From NCBI GenBank assembly GCA_001600695.1, contig BCKQ01000005.1, forward strand, positions 328,732 to 392,731: DNA of 64,000 nt. The letters run 5' to 3'. The notes beneath the pieces are model-generated. The model was not told where the DNA came from. It saw only the letters and a list, made by a program, of their open reading frames with translations, and ran no database searches. This DNA is from Ascoidea asiatica JCM 7603. Taxonomy: Eukaryota; Fungi; Ascomycota. The position numbers and the translations under genes are program-made. Positions within the stretch are counted from its first letter, which is position 1. Every line of letters starts with the position of its first letter. Below are positions 22,311 to 34,196 of this stretch, piece by piece.

Positions 22311-24539
22311 TTACGTAACGTTAGCAGATTTGTTTTGGCTCAAGTCTGGTCCGGGGCTGCTGCGGCCCGCCATAGCCATATTTAGTATTTTCTCAAAGCC
22401 AACGGCTAGCGACAAGCCGAGACTGAACTCCCAACTTCCGGCCTGCTCAAACGTCTTTTGGTCGTTGAAAATAGTGAGCCAGCCTACTTTTCCTTCACAA
22501 AAATCATCATCTGGGGGATTTTTCATTAGCAAACCATCTCCAGGTTTATAGAATGTTTCAAGTTTCTTGTCCTTTGAGAATAGAATCTTCTCATTATCAA
22601 TCTTTTCATTTTCTTGGAATCTTGGTAAAATCTTTGTTGTTGCTTTATCTGAAATTTTAGTCGAGAGTTTCTTCATTTCTTTTCTCAAGGATTTTAATTC
22701 TTTCAAAGATCTATGTTTCAATTTCTTGGAGGTACTATTAGGATTGAAATTGGAATTGGATGTAAAAGTGGTAGTTGTATTTGAAGAGATTCTTGAAATA
22801 TTTGTTGATGATGAATTCAAAGTTGATCTACTATCAAGAGTATTCAGATTATATTCTGTTTCACTCCCGCTACTAGAATAATCATCTATATTTCCAGTTT
22901 CTCCATTTGATTTATTTTTATTATAATAGTAATCATCAATGGATGAGTTTTTATACCTTTGAAAATTTTGAGTAAATTTTTTTTTGAATCTTTTTTCATA
23001 TGGTCTAAAAACCGATAAAATATTTTCATGTTGATAATTTACATAACTAGTTCCAGTGTTTTGATTATTTAAGTGATTGAATAGATAACTGTTATATTTT
23101 TTATGTAATTTTAGTGATGATAATTGTAGGGCGGATGAATTTTTATTTGCCATCTCTTTCATTGAATTTGATATCTTTTTATAATTTGAATTCAGAACTT
23201 TGGGAATTGAGCCAATATACCAAGGACATCCATTAATATCAAATGATTGATATCTAGTAATCATTGAATATTTCATTCTCGGTTCAAATGATTCATGATT
23301 TATAACTAGTTTGTTTAGTAAATCATTATCATCAATGAATTTATCTAAAGGTAATTTATTCGATATTATTTGTTGATATTCTGTTTTAATTTGCTTTTTG
23401 TTTTCTTCTTCTTCTTCTTCTTCTTCTTCTTCATTATCTCCTTTAACTGATTCTTTAGTTTTATCTATATTAACAATTTCATTATCTTTTAAAATCGATT
23501 CTGATGAGAACATTATTTTAAAATTGCCTCCATCTAACCTTGATTGTTTCTCAATAATTATTAATGGAATTTTTCTGTTTTCATTATTAAATACTATTAA
23601 TCTAAATCCAAAATCAGATCTTAACATTGAGGTTTTATTTAATTCCGAATATTTTCCAATATTTTTTTGTTTCATATTATTTAAGTTTGGATATTGTACT
23701 TTAATAAAATATGATGGACCTAATTTACAGTATAAATGTTTAAAAGAAGGATTTGTTGTAGCATATAAGTAATTTAAATCATTATCTAAAGATAGCAAGT
23801 GATATTTCCAAAAAAATTGATTATATAATACTTTTGCTTTTAAAAATCTATTGTTTTTATTAAAAATTGAAGAGTCATTTGAACCGAGAGTTGAATTAAT
23901 AGAATGTATTTTATTTGAATAAAAAGGATCACCTATAAGTGATTGTGGTCTTTTCATTATAATATTTTTAGGATCATCTTCATTATCATTTTTAATATAT
24001 TCATGAGATATTAAAAAATCATTGGAAATTAAATGTAAATTTGGATTACATATCCTTATATCATTTAAATCAGATTCATTAATATAATCAGCATAATCAT
24101 TTTCTTTTTTAGTTGATTTTGAGTCAAAATTATCCTTTTCAATATTACAATTATTATTATTTTTCTCAAATGAAGAAATATTACTATCTAAATTATCAAA
24201 AATAAATTGAAGGATTTTTTTATTTGAAATTGACATTTCAGTTTCTGAAGAAATTGTTTTAAAAACTCTGAATTCACGAGGAGTAAAATCATATTGATAT
24301 GCTCTTTCAAGTTCTTTTTTCTCAATTACTGAATTAATTTCTTGAGGTTGATTTTTATTGATGACATTGTTTGCAATGGGTTCCTTCTGATTCGATATTG
24401 TAGATGGGAGTGGTGGTAAACCTTTATTTGTCTTAGCTATAAGTAAATTTGTTTCTATTAACTTATGATTATGACTTTTAATTTTGCTCACAAAGCTTAA
24501 TTCTTTTCTTTTTTTCTTGAGTTTACTTTTCCAAGCCAT
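22311..24539 (-). CDS. Conserved fungal hypothetical protein
   Basis: 742-aa ORF with ordered blocks (YLYATTNP..H...GPSYFI; KVGWLTI...WEFSLGLSLAVG). No function assigned. Confidence 0.8.
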   Translation of the reverse strand: MAWKSKLKKKRKELSFVSKIKSHNHKLIETNLLIAKTNKGLPPLPSTISNQKEPIANNVINKNQPQEINSVIEKKELERAYQYDFTPREFRVFKTISSETEMSISNKKILQFIFDNLDSNISSFEKNNNNCNIEKDNFDSKSTKKENDYADYINESDLNDIRICNPNLHLISNDFLISHEYIKNDNEDDPKNIIMKRPQSLIGDPFYSNKIHSINSTLGSNDSSIFNKNNRFLKAKVLYNQFFWKYHLLSLDNDLNYLYATTNPSFKHLYCKLGPSYFIKVQYPNLNNMKQKNIGKYSELNKTSMLRSDFGFRLIVFNNENRKIPLIIIEKQSRLDGGNFKIMFSSESILKDNEIVNIDKTKESVKGDNEEEEEEEEEENKKQIKTEYQQIISNKLPLDKFIDDNDLLNKLVINHESFEPRMKYSMITRYQSFDINGCPWYIGSIPKVLNSNYKKISNSMKEMANKNSSALQLSSLKLHKKYNSYLFNHLNNQNTGTSYVNYQHENILSVFRPYEKRFKKKFTQNFQRYKNSSIDDYYYNKNKSNGETGNIDDYSSSGSETEYNLNTLDSRSTLNSSSTNISRISSNTTTTFTSNSNFNPNSTSKKLKHRSLKELKSLRKEMKKLSTKISDKATTKILPRFQENEKIDNEKILFSKDKKLETFYKPGDGLLMKNPPDDDFCEGKVGWLTIFNDQKTFEQAGSWEFSLGLSLAVGFEKILNMAMAGRSSPGPDLSQNKSANVT

Positions 24540-27244
24540 TTTTCTTCAATTTTGTTTGATAATTTCTCTATGGATTATATTTTGAATATATGATGAGTTT
24601 TAATTATTGAAATTGAAAAAACTCAATAATTCATTAATTCAGCTTTATAAATGAACAATAATAAACAATAATGAACTAAAATGAACTATAATGGGTAGTT
24701 AACGAAAACCGATTCACCGGTTTGAGTTTCTAAATAAAAGATAGAAAAAAGAAATCCGTACTACGGATTTCCATCTTTGGAATTCATAAGCCTTCTGCTT
24801 GAAAATAATTGAAGAAAAAAAAAATAAACAGTTTTTTGTAATTTTTGATGAAAGAAGGTAAGGATGAAATAGTAAAAATAGAATTTTTCAAGCTTATGAA
24901 AAAAAAAAGGTAACAAAAAGAATTGAGAAATGATTTAAAGAAAAACAGAAAAGAGGGAGTTTGGTGTCATAATTTTAAAAAAATTAACAAAGATAGAAGA
25001 ACAAGAAGAAACTTAAAATGTTTGATAAAATAATTTTGAAGAGAACTTAAAGAATGATTTTGTGCTTTGAAGAATTTACTATTATCTAATAAAGATTCAA
25101 AAAATACTAAATATTTTTCATGAGTTTTTTTAGTTTTTGCATAAGTCAAATATAAAAAATAATTGTACCATCACCCATTATTTAAGTTTGAGGATAATTG
25201 AAAAGGTATGATGAAAATAAGAGCTAGTCATTAATCAAAAAAAGAAGTATGAAATATGTAAGGAATTTATTTAATGTTTTGGAAAACGGTTGTGCATTTA
25301 AAGCTTATGTAGTTTGCACATTGCTCAAGTTAAATTTTGAAATAAAATGAGGTTTTAGAAGAAAATAATTCATGTTTGGGTTGATTTAATCGGACTTTGA
25401 AAAATGTTTAAAAAGGTTAGCTAGATAGTGAGTGCAGTCAAATCGTTGTGATAGATGCATTTGTAAATTCTGAGTCGGTATTTTTTGTGATTTTAATGGA
25501 AAAAAAATTGATTACCCAATAAGTTCATTAGTTATTTCAGTTGCTAGGTGACTTTGAATGTGAAATTTGCATCATCCATGCCTATTTCTTTCAGATAGTT
25601 ACAGTAAGTTATAAATTTTGAGCCAAAATGAAAAAGGTTATAAAGCCAATCAATCATTTAAATTAAATTGAATAAAAATCGAGCTTAGTTTGTTTTTGTG
25701 AGTGCAGAAACAGATTCTTTCATTCTGCACCTTTAATTGCAGAAATCTTTCCAAATTTTTTTTAAACTGTCAAAGAAATGCTGAAAACTTTACCTCTTTG
25801 TTCTACAATGCTCATCTTAATCTTCAATTAATCAATTTTTCGCTCTTCAAACCAAATCTTTAAACAATCGCCATCAAATAAAAATGTGACCAAATATGTG
25901 GATCTCAATTGAAATACTTTTTTTTTCAGATGTTTTTATTATCTATCAATAAATAATTTTGAGAAATAAAACCCAGCACATAAAAGCTTTTTCCATTAAG
26001 TTAGTAGGTATTCATCTTCTTTCTCTTTCTATTTCCTTCACTTTTCTTTAAACGTGGCTTTAGGTAAAACGTAATAAAACAGTAAATATAAACATTGCAA
26101 TAATCTCAGATGAGAATATTCCACTGACTGTGTAATTTCATTCAAACAGCTTGAAGTCACACAAAATTCAAAATTGCCAAAAGTTGTTTGAAGAAAGTCT
26201 CAGCAGAAAGTGCAAAAAGGCACGTGATTGTTGATGTTTTTTAATGTTTTGTAAACAATCCTTCTGTACATCGGTGTGCGTAGTTATGCCTAGCGTCGTA
26301 AAAAGGTAAACAATTTGGAAAAACGGTTCTGCTTTGATTCGGTTTAGGGTTGGTCTTTATTTGTTTACATTTAAAATAGCGTTATTCAGGCCAGTTGAAG
26401 AAATACCGTCGAAAAAGCATAAACAGATCTTCTCTTTAATCTGCCGTGAACGTCATATTGACTTTATATAGTGAATAATCATGTATAAAGATGTTTTTTT
26501 AAAATATAGTTTAAAACCTAAAGTTAAATTTTGCTAGGTTAAAATTTAGAGTTCACTTTAAAGTTCTCAAGAGGTGTAAATATGTGTGCTTTGTGAGAGG
26601 CTGCATACTTGATAACTTTAAAAATTATTTAATATATTAATCAAAATTATTATAAAATTTAGCAGGTCTGAAACTATGATTATCATATATTGGAGAAATA
26701 AATTTAGTTCAAATTTAACATTAAAGTGATATTTTATTTAAAATTTTTTGAAATAACAAGGTCAGATATTATATTTTTTTGATAACAATTTCTTATAACT
26801 ACAGCGAGTTTCTCTTACATTTTGTATATTTAATAGATTAGTGTTTTTGTTGTTTATTTTACTTCAATGAAATGAAAACATTAGTTTCTCGTAATCATAA
26901 TATACTATTTGCAAATGACTTTGAAGAATTCTTAAAATTGGATTTCATCAACTAACAAAATCATGTTTCTTCAAATAATATAAATTAAAAGAATTCTCCT
27001 CTCAATTCTTCTTCTCTTTTTTTTTATTTCAAAAGATTAAATTAACAACTTTTATTATTACTATTATAATTTTTTTATACAACCTAAATTACTTTTGTTT
27101 GTTGCTTATATTTCAGTTTCCTATTATTATATCTTGCTTCATAAAATATTTCTGCTCAATATATATTATTTTGTTTTCAATTAGAATTATTTGTGTTTAA
27201 TATTCAAGAATTTAATTTATATTAAGAAAAAATCAAAACAAAAA

Positions 27245-27827
27245 ATGACTGATCCATTCAATCCAAATCTGTTTTTTTTGCAAAGTCAAGCAAATCCAAA
27301 TGGTTTTCCAAATAATCAAGGACCAGTTCAATTTGTAACTATGTCTCAACTTGTGAAACCTAATTATTATTATAATTTTATTATAACAGAATCACCAGTT
27401 GATGCTAGACAAGCAACATTGAAATCAAAACGTTTAACAGGTCCTTTCAAATTATATCTAGATACAAATGATAAAGATCCAAGAATACAATATTTTGTTC
27501 AATTTACTATCAATGATGTTACTACAGCCACCAACCAAATTAATAATTTAACTCATTTTTCTGATCAAAGTATATTCATGGGTAAAAGATTTTATTTTGG
27601 AGAATATTCAAAAAATGAAGATCGTTATAATTTTTTAATTAAAGATTTAGCTGTTACAAAAATTGGAGAATATACTTTTTCAGTAGCTTTATTGAAATAT
27701 TTTTTAATGGAAGATAAAAAGCCAATATATATTAAGACTATTACAACTCCTAAATTTTCTGTGAAGTCTGCAAGAAATTATTATAAAAATAAAAAACTGG
27801 AAAAAAAACAAACACAATCTGATACTT

Positions 27828-27858
<31 letters not shown>

Positions 27859-28135
27859 TAACAATAACAATAATAACAATGGCAATAATGGTAATAATGG
27901 TAGCATTAACATTAATGCACAATTATTTCCAATTATGGTTTCTTATTCAAATAATCTCAATTACAATTCAAATTCTACCCAAATGAATCAATTTCCAAAT
28001 CAAACTCTAAATCAAAATCAAAGAGAAATAAATAATATGAACTCACTGGATGTCACCCCAGATTTACTTGATTCTTTTCTTAAAAATAATTATACTCAAA
28101 GTTTTAATTCCAACGAGGGCGATAAACATTATTAA
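27245..28135 (+). CDS. Divergent velvet-domain (VosA/VelC-like) protein
   Basis: YNFIITESPVDAR..KRLTGPFKLYL and FLIKDLAVTKIGEYTFSVALL...ITTPKFSVKSARNY resemble the velvet blocks QQP..AR/RRPIDPPPIVQL and FVF.DLSVR.EG.FRL.F/S..F.V.S.K.F. First ATG at 27245. Confidence 0.65.
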
Positions 28136-28770
28136 CCGATCATTTATCAGTGATAGGTTTTTTTACATTTTGTTTTCCTCCTTTTTCAGTGTGTTGTTGT
28201 TTTGGGTCTTTCATGACTTTTTATACCCTGTGGTCTTTATATCCTCATACTTGTTATATATTCACTTATATAAGCATTATTCACCTTCTTTCTTTTTTTC
28301 ATTTGACTAATTGACCATTTTTTTACCTCTTATTCAATAATATGTTTTTTTTTTCTTAGACAGTGCAAACTTGTAGACTGGGTTTCTTCCAATTATTTAA
28401 CTGCAATTAACACCCTCGCTCCTTTGTTTTCTTTCTGACGGAATAAGTTATCAAGGACGGAACTCAGCGGTTTTCATGGGAAAAAACATTAATTCTTTAA
28501 TTTCATGTTTCTTGCCCCAGCAATTTCTAGAAATCTCAAGAATAGAAAGACCAAAGAACTTCAGAACTTCAGAACTAAAGAGCTAAAGAACTAAAGAACA
28601 CTCCCAGGCTTAAGTATTAAGTGCTTTGAGATTCACCTGAAGCACTGAATTGAGAATCAGTCTGCTAAAGAACAAAATTGAATCAAAATCTGTATTGGAG
28701 ATTTTATTTGTAATTGATTTAATCGTCACCTGCCTTTAATTGTTGTTCATATATCAATTCAATTATTTTA

Positions 28771-29973
28771 ATGTTCTCCTCGAAAAAATTGGTTTTTCGA
28801 AACTTCAGACAGTTCAGTACAACTTCAATTTCTTTTGCCGATTATTCTCATGTGGTGATTGGTGCTGGCGCTGTTGGTTTAGCTGTAGCATCTAGGCTAG
28901 CTGAAAATAAGTCCAATTCAGTTTTAATAATTGAAAAAAATTCGAAATATGGGGCTGAGACTTCTTCAAGAAATTCAGAGGTTATTCATTCTGGCGTTTA
29001 CTATCCAAAAAATAGTTTAAAATCTGATTTATGTATCCTTGGTAAACAATTAATTTATCAAGATGCCTTAAAAGCTGGAGTTGAAATGAAAAAATGTGGT
29101 AAATGGATTATAGCTCAAACTGATCAAGATGATGCATATCTTGAAAGTTTATATTATAAATCTAAAGAACTCAATATTGAAATTGATTGGGTACCATTAT
29201 GGAAATGCAAGTATATTGAGCCTGCCATTAAAATAAATAAATCTGTCTTAGATTCTCCAACAACTGGAATAATCAATGCAGAATCTTTTATGACATATCT
29301 TTCAGGAAAATTAGAAAATAATGGTGGGCAAATTGCTTTGAATTCAAAAGTTACAAACTTAGATTATACAAATAATGAATATGAATTAACTGTAGAATCT
29401 ATTGAAGAAAATAATAGAAATGAAAAAGTCAAAATAAAATCGGAAAATGTTATCAATTCAGCTGGACTTTTTGCAATTGAAATATCAAATTTGTTGCTAC
29501 CTGAAGATAGACATTTGAAAGCATATTATGCCAAGGGAAACTATTTTCAATATAATAAAAATTTTCCAAGTGTTAATAAATTAATTTATCCTTGTCCAAA
29601 ACCTGGTTTACAATCTCTTGGACTTCATTTAACCATAGATTTAGGTGGAAAGATTAAATTTGGACCAGATTTAGAATGGGTTAATGATCCAACAAATTAT
29701 AAAGTTAATGATCAGAATATTGAAAAAGCATATTTAGAAATAAATAAATATTTTCCAAGTTGTTTTAAAGAAGATATAACACCAAGTTATTGTGGAATTA
29801 GGCCCAAACTAAATGATCCAAATGATTTAAGTAAATCCGAAAAATTTCAAGATTTTATAATCAGAGAAGAAAAGGGATTCAAAGGATTCGTTAATTTGTT
29901 AGGAATTGAAAGTCCAGGTTTAACTTCTTCTATGGGAATTGGTGAATATGTTTATAGTATGTATCATAAATAA
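28771..29973 (+). CDS. Mitochondrial L-2-hydroxyglutarate dehydrogenase-like FAD oxidoreductase
   Basis: Presequence-like N-terminus, VIGAGAVGLA, ETSSRNSEVIHSG, AKGNYF, LGLHLTIDLGG, GIRPK, GIESPGLTSS. Confidence 0.9.
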   Translation: MFSSKKLVFRNFRQFSTTSISFADYSHVVIGAGAVGLAVASRLAENKSNSVLIIEKNSKYGAETSSRNSEVIHSGVYYPKNSLKSDLCILGKQLIYQDALKAGVEMKKCGKWIIAQTDQDDAYLESLYYKSKELNIEIDWVPLWKCKYIEPAIKINKSVLDSPTTGIINAESFMTYLSGKLENNGGQIALNSKVTNLDYTNNEYELTVESIEENNRNEKVKIKSENVINSAGLFAIEISNLLLPEDRHLKAYYAKGNYFQYNKNFPSVNKLIYPCPKPGLQSLGLHLTIDLGGKIKFGPDLEWVNDPTNYKVNDQNIEKAYLEINKYFPSCFKEDITPSYCGIRPKLNDPNDLSKSEKFQDFIIREEKGFKGFVNLLGIESPGLTSSMGIGEYVYSMYHK

Positions 29974-30456
29974 TACTAAATGGTATTATTAAATAGAATC
30001 CGAGTATAGAATAATATAATAAAATTTACAAACTCTGAAAATAACAATACTTATATTTAAAGTGAATTTCCTCTGAAATTGGTGAAATATTCAAGTAGAA
30101 TAGCAATAAACACAAATTTAAGAAACAATTTATTTAGCGAGAACTGCATTTTTACTAGAATATAATAATTATTACAAAATCCAACTGGAGAATTTTTAAC
30201 TCAAATCTGGCTGTTTGTGAATTATTGAACCTAAATTATGCATGTTAATTCAAGTTCATGTTTGTATCCAGTTACCGATAACTTTAAATAAAACTGTAAA
30301 TTCTTCAAAACTTCAGAATTTTTGAATGAACATAAAAAAATAAAGCACTTTATGAAGAACTTGATTTATATTTTTCGAAAACTATAACTACGAAGTGTTA
30401 GTTATTAAGTATAAAAGGTGATAATCATAGATTAAGAGTAAATAGGAAAAAAAAAA

Positions 30457-31845
30457 CTATAAAGAATCATAACTAGGTGCATTTTCATATCTTGGCAAAA
30501 TATCAAACTCGTCACTGTTATAATAACCAACTTCTTGTACACTTTTCACATAATTTTTATAACTATAGGAATTCTTTGAAGAGCTGTTGATTTTATTCTC
30601 TATGATAGTTGTATTTGGAAAGTTGATTCTATTTTTTAATAATTTCAAATTTATATTTGAATACAAATTTGTATTAATAAGATTGATTTCATGAATTAAT
30701 TCAACAGTTTTTGATGTTGAACCATCAAAATTTGAAAATTTACAAATTAGTTCTAAGTCATATGAATTATTAATATTAGGAGATTTGAAGGAAGATAATA
30801 AATTGTTCGGTATAATTATGTGATTAATTAAATAATCTGGGAATTTTATTGAACTTTTTAAATTATTGGAATTATTATCACTATTCAAATTTAGATCAAT
30901 TTTTAAGTTAGACAATTTTAATAATGATATATTAAATGATAAAAATTTATTCGATTTTTTCTTATTATCATTTAATGAAATTTTATTTATTAAATTAATT
31001 TGAATTGAATTTAAATAAATTTTTTTATCTGGAAACTTTTTTAAAATTGAAGAATTGGGATTTATTAAATTTAAACATATATTGAAAGTTGTAGATAATT
31101 TTAAATTAGTTATTAAAAAGATTGGATATTTTATTGTAAATTCAATTGAGAAATTATTTAAAAAATATCTTTTAACAAATAATTCTTTTTTGAAATATTG
31201 ATCTAAATCAGAATTTGAATTGGTAAATAAAGCTGAAGATTGAGATAATAATAATGGATAAAATGGATAAAAATCAAAAGATTTTGAAATTTTGATTGAA
31301 TTTGATAAAGAATTATTTATAATATATAAGTTTATTGTATAGGAGATATCAATTGAAGTTGAAGAATTTAAATTATCTTTTGAAATTGATGGAGGTAAAA
31401 AATGTTTAATACTATCATTATTATTACTATTATCATTATTATTATTATTGCTATTGCTATTATTATCGGATATATCATTGGAATATAAGGGTAATTTAAA
31501 ATTAAATGGATATAAATGAAAACCATGACTTAAATTATTAGAAGTTAAAGGTATTTGCTGAGTTAAAAAAAGAAAATTTGATTGATTGATTGAATTATTT
31601 GAGTTACCTTCTAAAGAAATAAAAAGTGAAGAAATATTATTCAATGGATTATTTAATTTTAATCGAATTGAACCAGTTATATTTTGTAAATTGGTAAAAA
31701 CATCATTATAATTGTCATTACTATTATTCTCATTTATTAATATTGAAGCAGATATATTGTTATTATAATAATTATTTCTACTATTATTAAGGTTATTATT
31801 ACCTTTGGTAATTTTGAAATTTTTGAAATTTTTAAAATTCTCCAT
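30457..31845 (-). CDS. Second, degenerate alpha-arrestin (Art10-like)
   Basis: ITGSIRL, ISLEG, GFHLYPFNFKLP, LPPS, ISYTINL and C-terminal LPRY/APSY. First ATG at 31845. Confidence 0.65.
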   Translation of the reverse strand: MENFKNFKNFKITKGNNNLNNSRNNYYNNNISASILINENNSNDNYNDVFTNLQNITGSIRLKLNNPLNNISSLFISLEGNSNNSINQSNFLFLTQQIPLTSNNLSHGFHLYPFNFKLPLYSNDISDNNSNSNNNNNDNSNNNDSIKHFLPPSISKDNLNSSTSIDISYTINLYIINNSLSNSIKISKSFDFYPFYPLLLSQSSALFTNSNSDLDQYFKKELFVKRYFLNNFSIEFTIKYPIFLITNLKLSTTFNICLNLINPNSSILKKFPDKKIYLNSIQINLINKISLNDNKKKSNKFLSFNISLLKLSNLKIDLNLNSDNNSNNLKSSIKFPDYLINHIIIPNNLLSSFKSPNINNSYDLELICKFSNFDGSTSKTVELIHEINLINTNLYSNINLKLLKNRINFPNTTIIENKINSSSKNSYSYKNYVKSVQEVGYYNSDEFDILPRYENAPSYDSL

Positions 31846-32990
31846 TAATGTTGTCAATTTGAAATATTTTTTCTTATGATTGATTTATTTAAGATGAAAT
31901 TTAAGCCAAGAAAGCAAAAAAATAAAGGATATTTAGATAGCATTTTATATATTGAAAATAATTGGAAAAAAACAAATGAGTAAATTATTCAAAAGCATAG
32001 AATTGAAGCACTCAGAAAAAACAAAAAAACAAAAAAACAAAAAAGCGAAAAAATTAATTTCAAGACCGAAAAAAATAGAAGTTTAATCAATGAATGCGCG
32101 TAAAAAAAAAAATATAAATAAGTTTTGAATATATTGAAAGTTCATTATTATGAAAAAAATTATAAAATGGGCTAATACAGCATAATAAATCGGTGTAGGA
32201 AAATCAGCTCGCAAAAGATATTGAAAAAATGAAATATAATAATATTAAGTTTGTGAGCTAAAAATTAGGCAATAGATTAATAATCATAATCATAATCTCA
32301 TCAATGCTAAAAGAGATAATGATTCCTAAACAATTTCCAGAAAGAAAAGTTTGGCTTTGAAGCTCCAAAATGCATACCCAAGCTAAAATACCGGCAGGCA
32401 GCATTAAATATTACCCTTTTCAATAAAACACAAGAGCAGCCATAGAGCATTGTTTACCGGGAAATGGATTGTTCGGAAGGATCAGGTTTCGCCCGCATTT
32501 AAATAATTCTTTCGCAGTCCGCAAAAAAAGCAATTTTGTGAAAAAATATGCACAGCGCAGTAATAAAACCTAAGAGTGCATTCTGCGCATTTTACAGCGC
32601 ACGCTTTTTTAGATATTGCGCAAAACTGGTTCTTGGTGTTGATTTAGGACGACGTGGCTGATGCTTCAAAAAAAGCGGAAAAACCTGATTTTGGTGGGCA
32701 TCATGAGAGGAAAAACTATTGAAGCGGATTAACCTTATCGGATGATCGATTTGTAATTTGGCTTTACGGAAGTGGAAACGTGTGATGTTTTAGTCTTTAT
32801 CAATTAGTGGAGAAAAATAACAATTGTTAAGGTGAACGAACAACAGAAAATATTTACTAATAAATAGTATTAAATTTTTCTGTTTTATCTTGTATATCAT
32901 ATTGAAATATTAAATATTAAATATTAATTATTGGATATTAGTTATGAGAAATTGGATAGTAGATATTAGATAGAGTTTATTATATTAAAA

Positions 32991-34088
32991 ATGGATACAA
33001 AAGAAAATAGAATAATAAATATTGGAATTGTTGGTACTGGATTATTTGCTCAAGAGCATTTAAAAGCATTAACATCAAAAAAATTAAATTGTAAATTTCA
33101 AATTATTGGATGTTTTAATCGTACAAAATCAAAAGCAATTGAATTTAATGAAATTTATAAAAAATTAACAAAAAGTGAAAAAAATTTAAAAATTTATGAA
33201 GATATTGAAGAAATTTTTAAAGATAAAGAAATTGAAGTAATTGATGGATTATTACCTGTTGAAAATAATTTAAATTTAGTTAAATTAGCAATTAAATATA
33301 AAAAATCATTATGTTTTGAAAAACCAATTTCAAATAATTTTACTAATGGATTAGAAATTGTTAAATTAAGTGAAAAAAATAAATTAACAGTTTTAATTTT
33401 AGAAAATTTTTTATATCATAAAATTAATTCAATTATTAAAGAAAAATTAAAATTAATTGGAGATATTATATCATTTACATATAATTCAACAGGACCATTT
33501 TATTTTGAAAATAAATATTTAAAAACTTCATGGAGAAAAAATCCTCATCATATTGGAGGATTTTTATTAGATGGAGGAGTTCATCAATTAGCATATTTAA
33601 CAGATTTTTTAGGTCAAATTGAAAAAATATCAGGATTTAGTAAACAAGTTAGAAAAGAAAGTGGTACAAATGATATTTTATATTCAATTGTTAAATTAAA
33701 AGATGATAAAAATATTATTGGAAGTTTTACATATGGTAGTGCATTTGCTTCAACAGATAAAAGTAATTATTTAAAAATTTATGGTATGAAAGGTACAATA
33801 ATTTTTGATTTTTCACCAAAATTTAAAAAACCAATTTTAAAAATTTGTTTAGGAGAATCAGGAGAAGAAAATAATGGAAATTATGAAACTATTGAAATTG
33901 AAGTTGATAAAGAAGATAATAAAGGTATTGGAGAAGAATTTTGTAATTTATATGAAAGTATTATTAAAAAAGATAAAAGTTTATTGAAAGGTAAGCCAGA
34001 AGTTGCACTTCATCATTTGGCAGTTATTGATGCTGCATTAAAGAGTAATGATCTAGGAGGTGATTCAGTAAAAGTAGCTGACTGGTAA
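32991..34088 (+). CDS. Gfo/Idh/MocA family NAD(P)-dependent oxidoreductase (YMR315W-like)
   Basis: IGIVGTGLFA, EKPI, LENF, TSWRKNP.HIGGFLLDGGVHQLA. Confidence 0.9.
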   Translation: MDTKENRIINIGIVGTGLFAQEHLKALTSKKLNCKFQIIGCFNRTKSKAIEFNEIYKKLTKSEKNLKIYEDIEEIFKDKEIEVIDGLLPVENNLNLVKLAIKYKKSLCFEKPISNNFTNGLEIVKLSEKNKLTVLILENFLYHKINSIIKEKLKLIGDIISFTYNSTGPFYFENKYLKTSWRKNPHHIGGFLLDGGVHQLAYLTDFLGQIEKISGFSKQVRKESGTNDILYSIVKLKDDKNIIGSFTYGSAFASTDKSNYLKIYGMKGTIIFDFSPKFKKPILKICLGESGEENNGNYETIEIEVDKEDNKGIGEEFCNLYESIIKKDKSLLKGKPEVALHHLAVIDAALKSNDLGGDSVKVADW

Positions 34089-34196
34089 TTTATAGAAAAT
34101 AAAGTATATAGTAAGTAATATTGGTAACATAAGTAAATAAATAATTTCTATTTTCAATATACTATATATAAAAAAAAAAAAAAAAAATTCAAAACT

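Noticed and set aside
28545-28600. 8-bp-period AGAAC repeats as heat-shock elements
   Set aside because: Direct repeats with 8-bp period rather than alternating inverted 5-bp nGAAn units; probably slippage.
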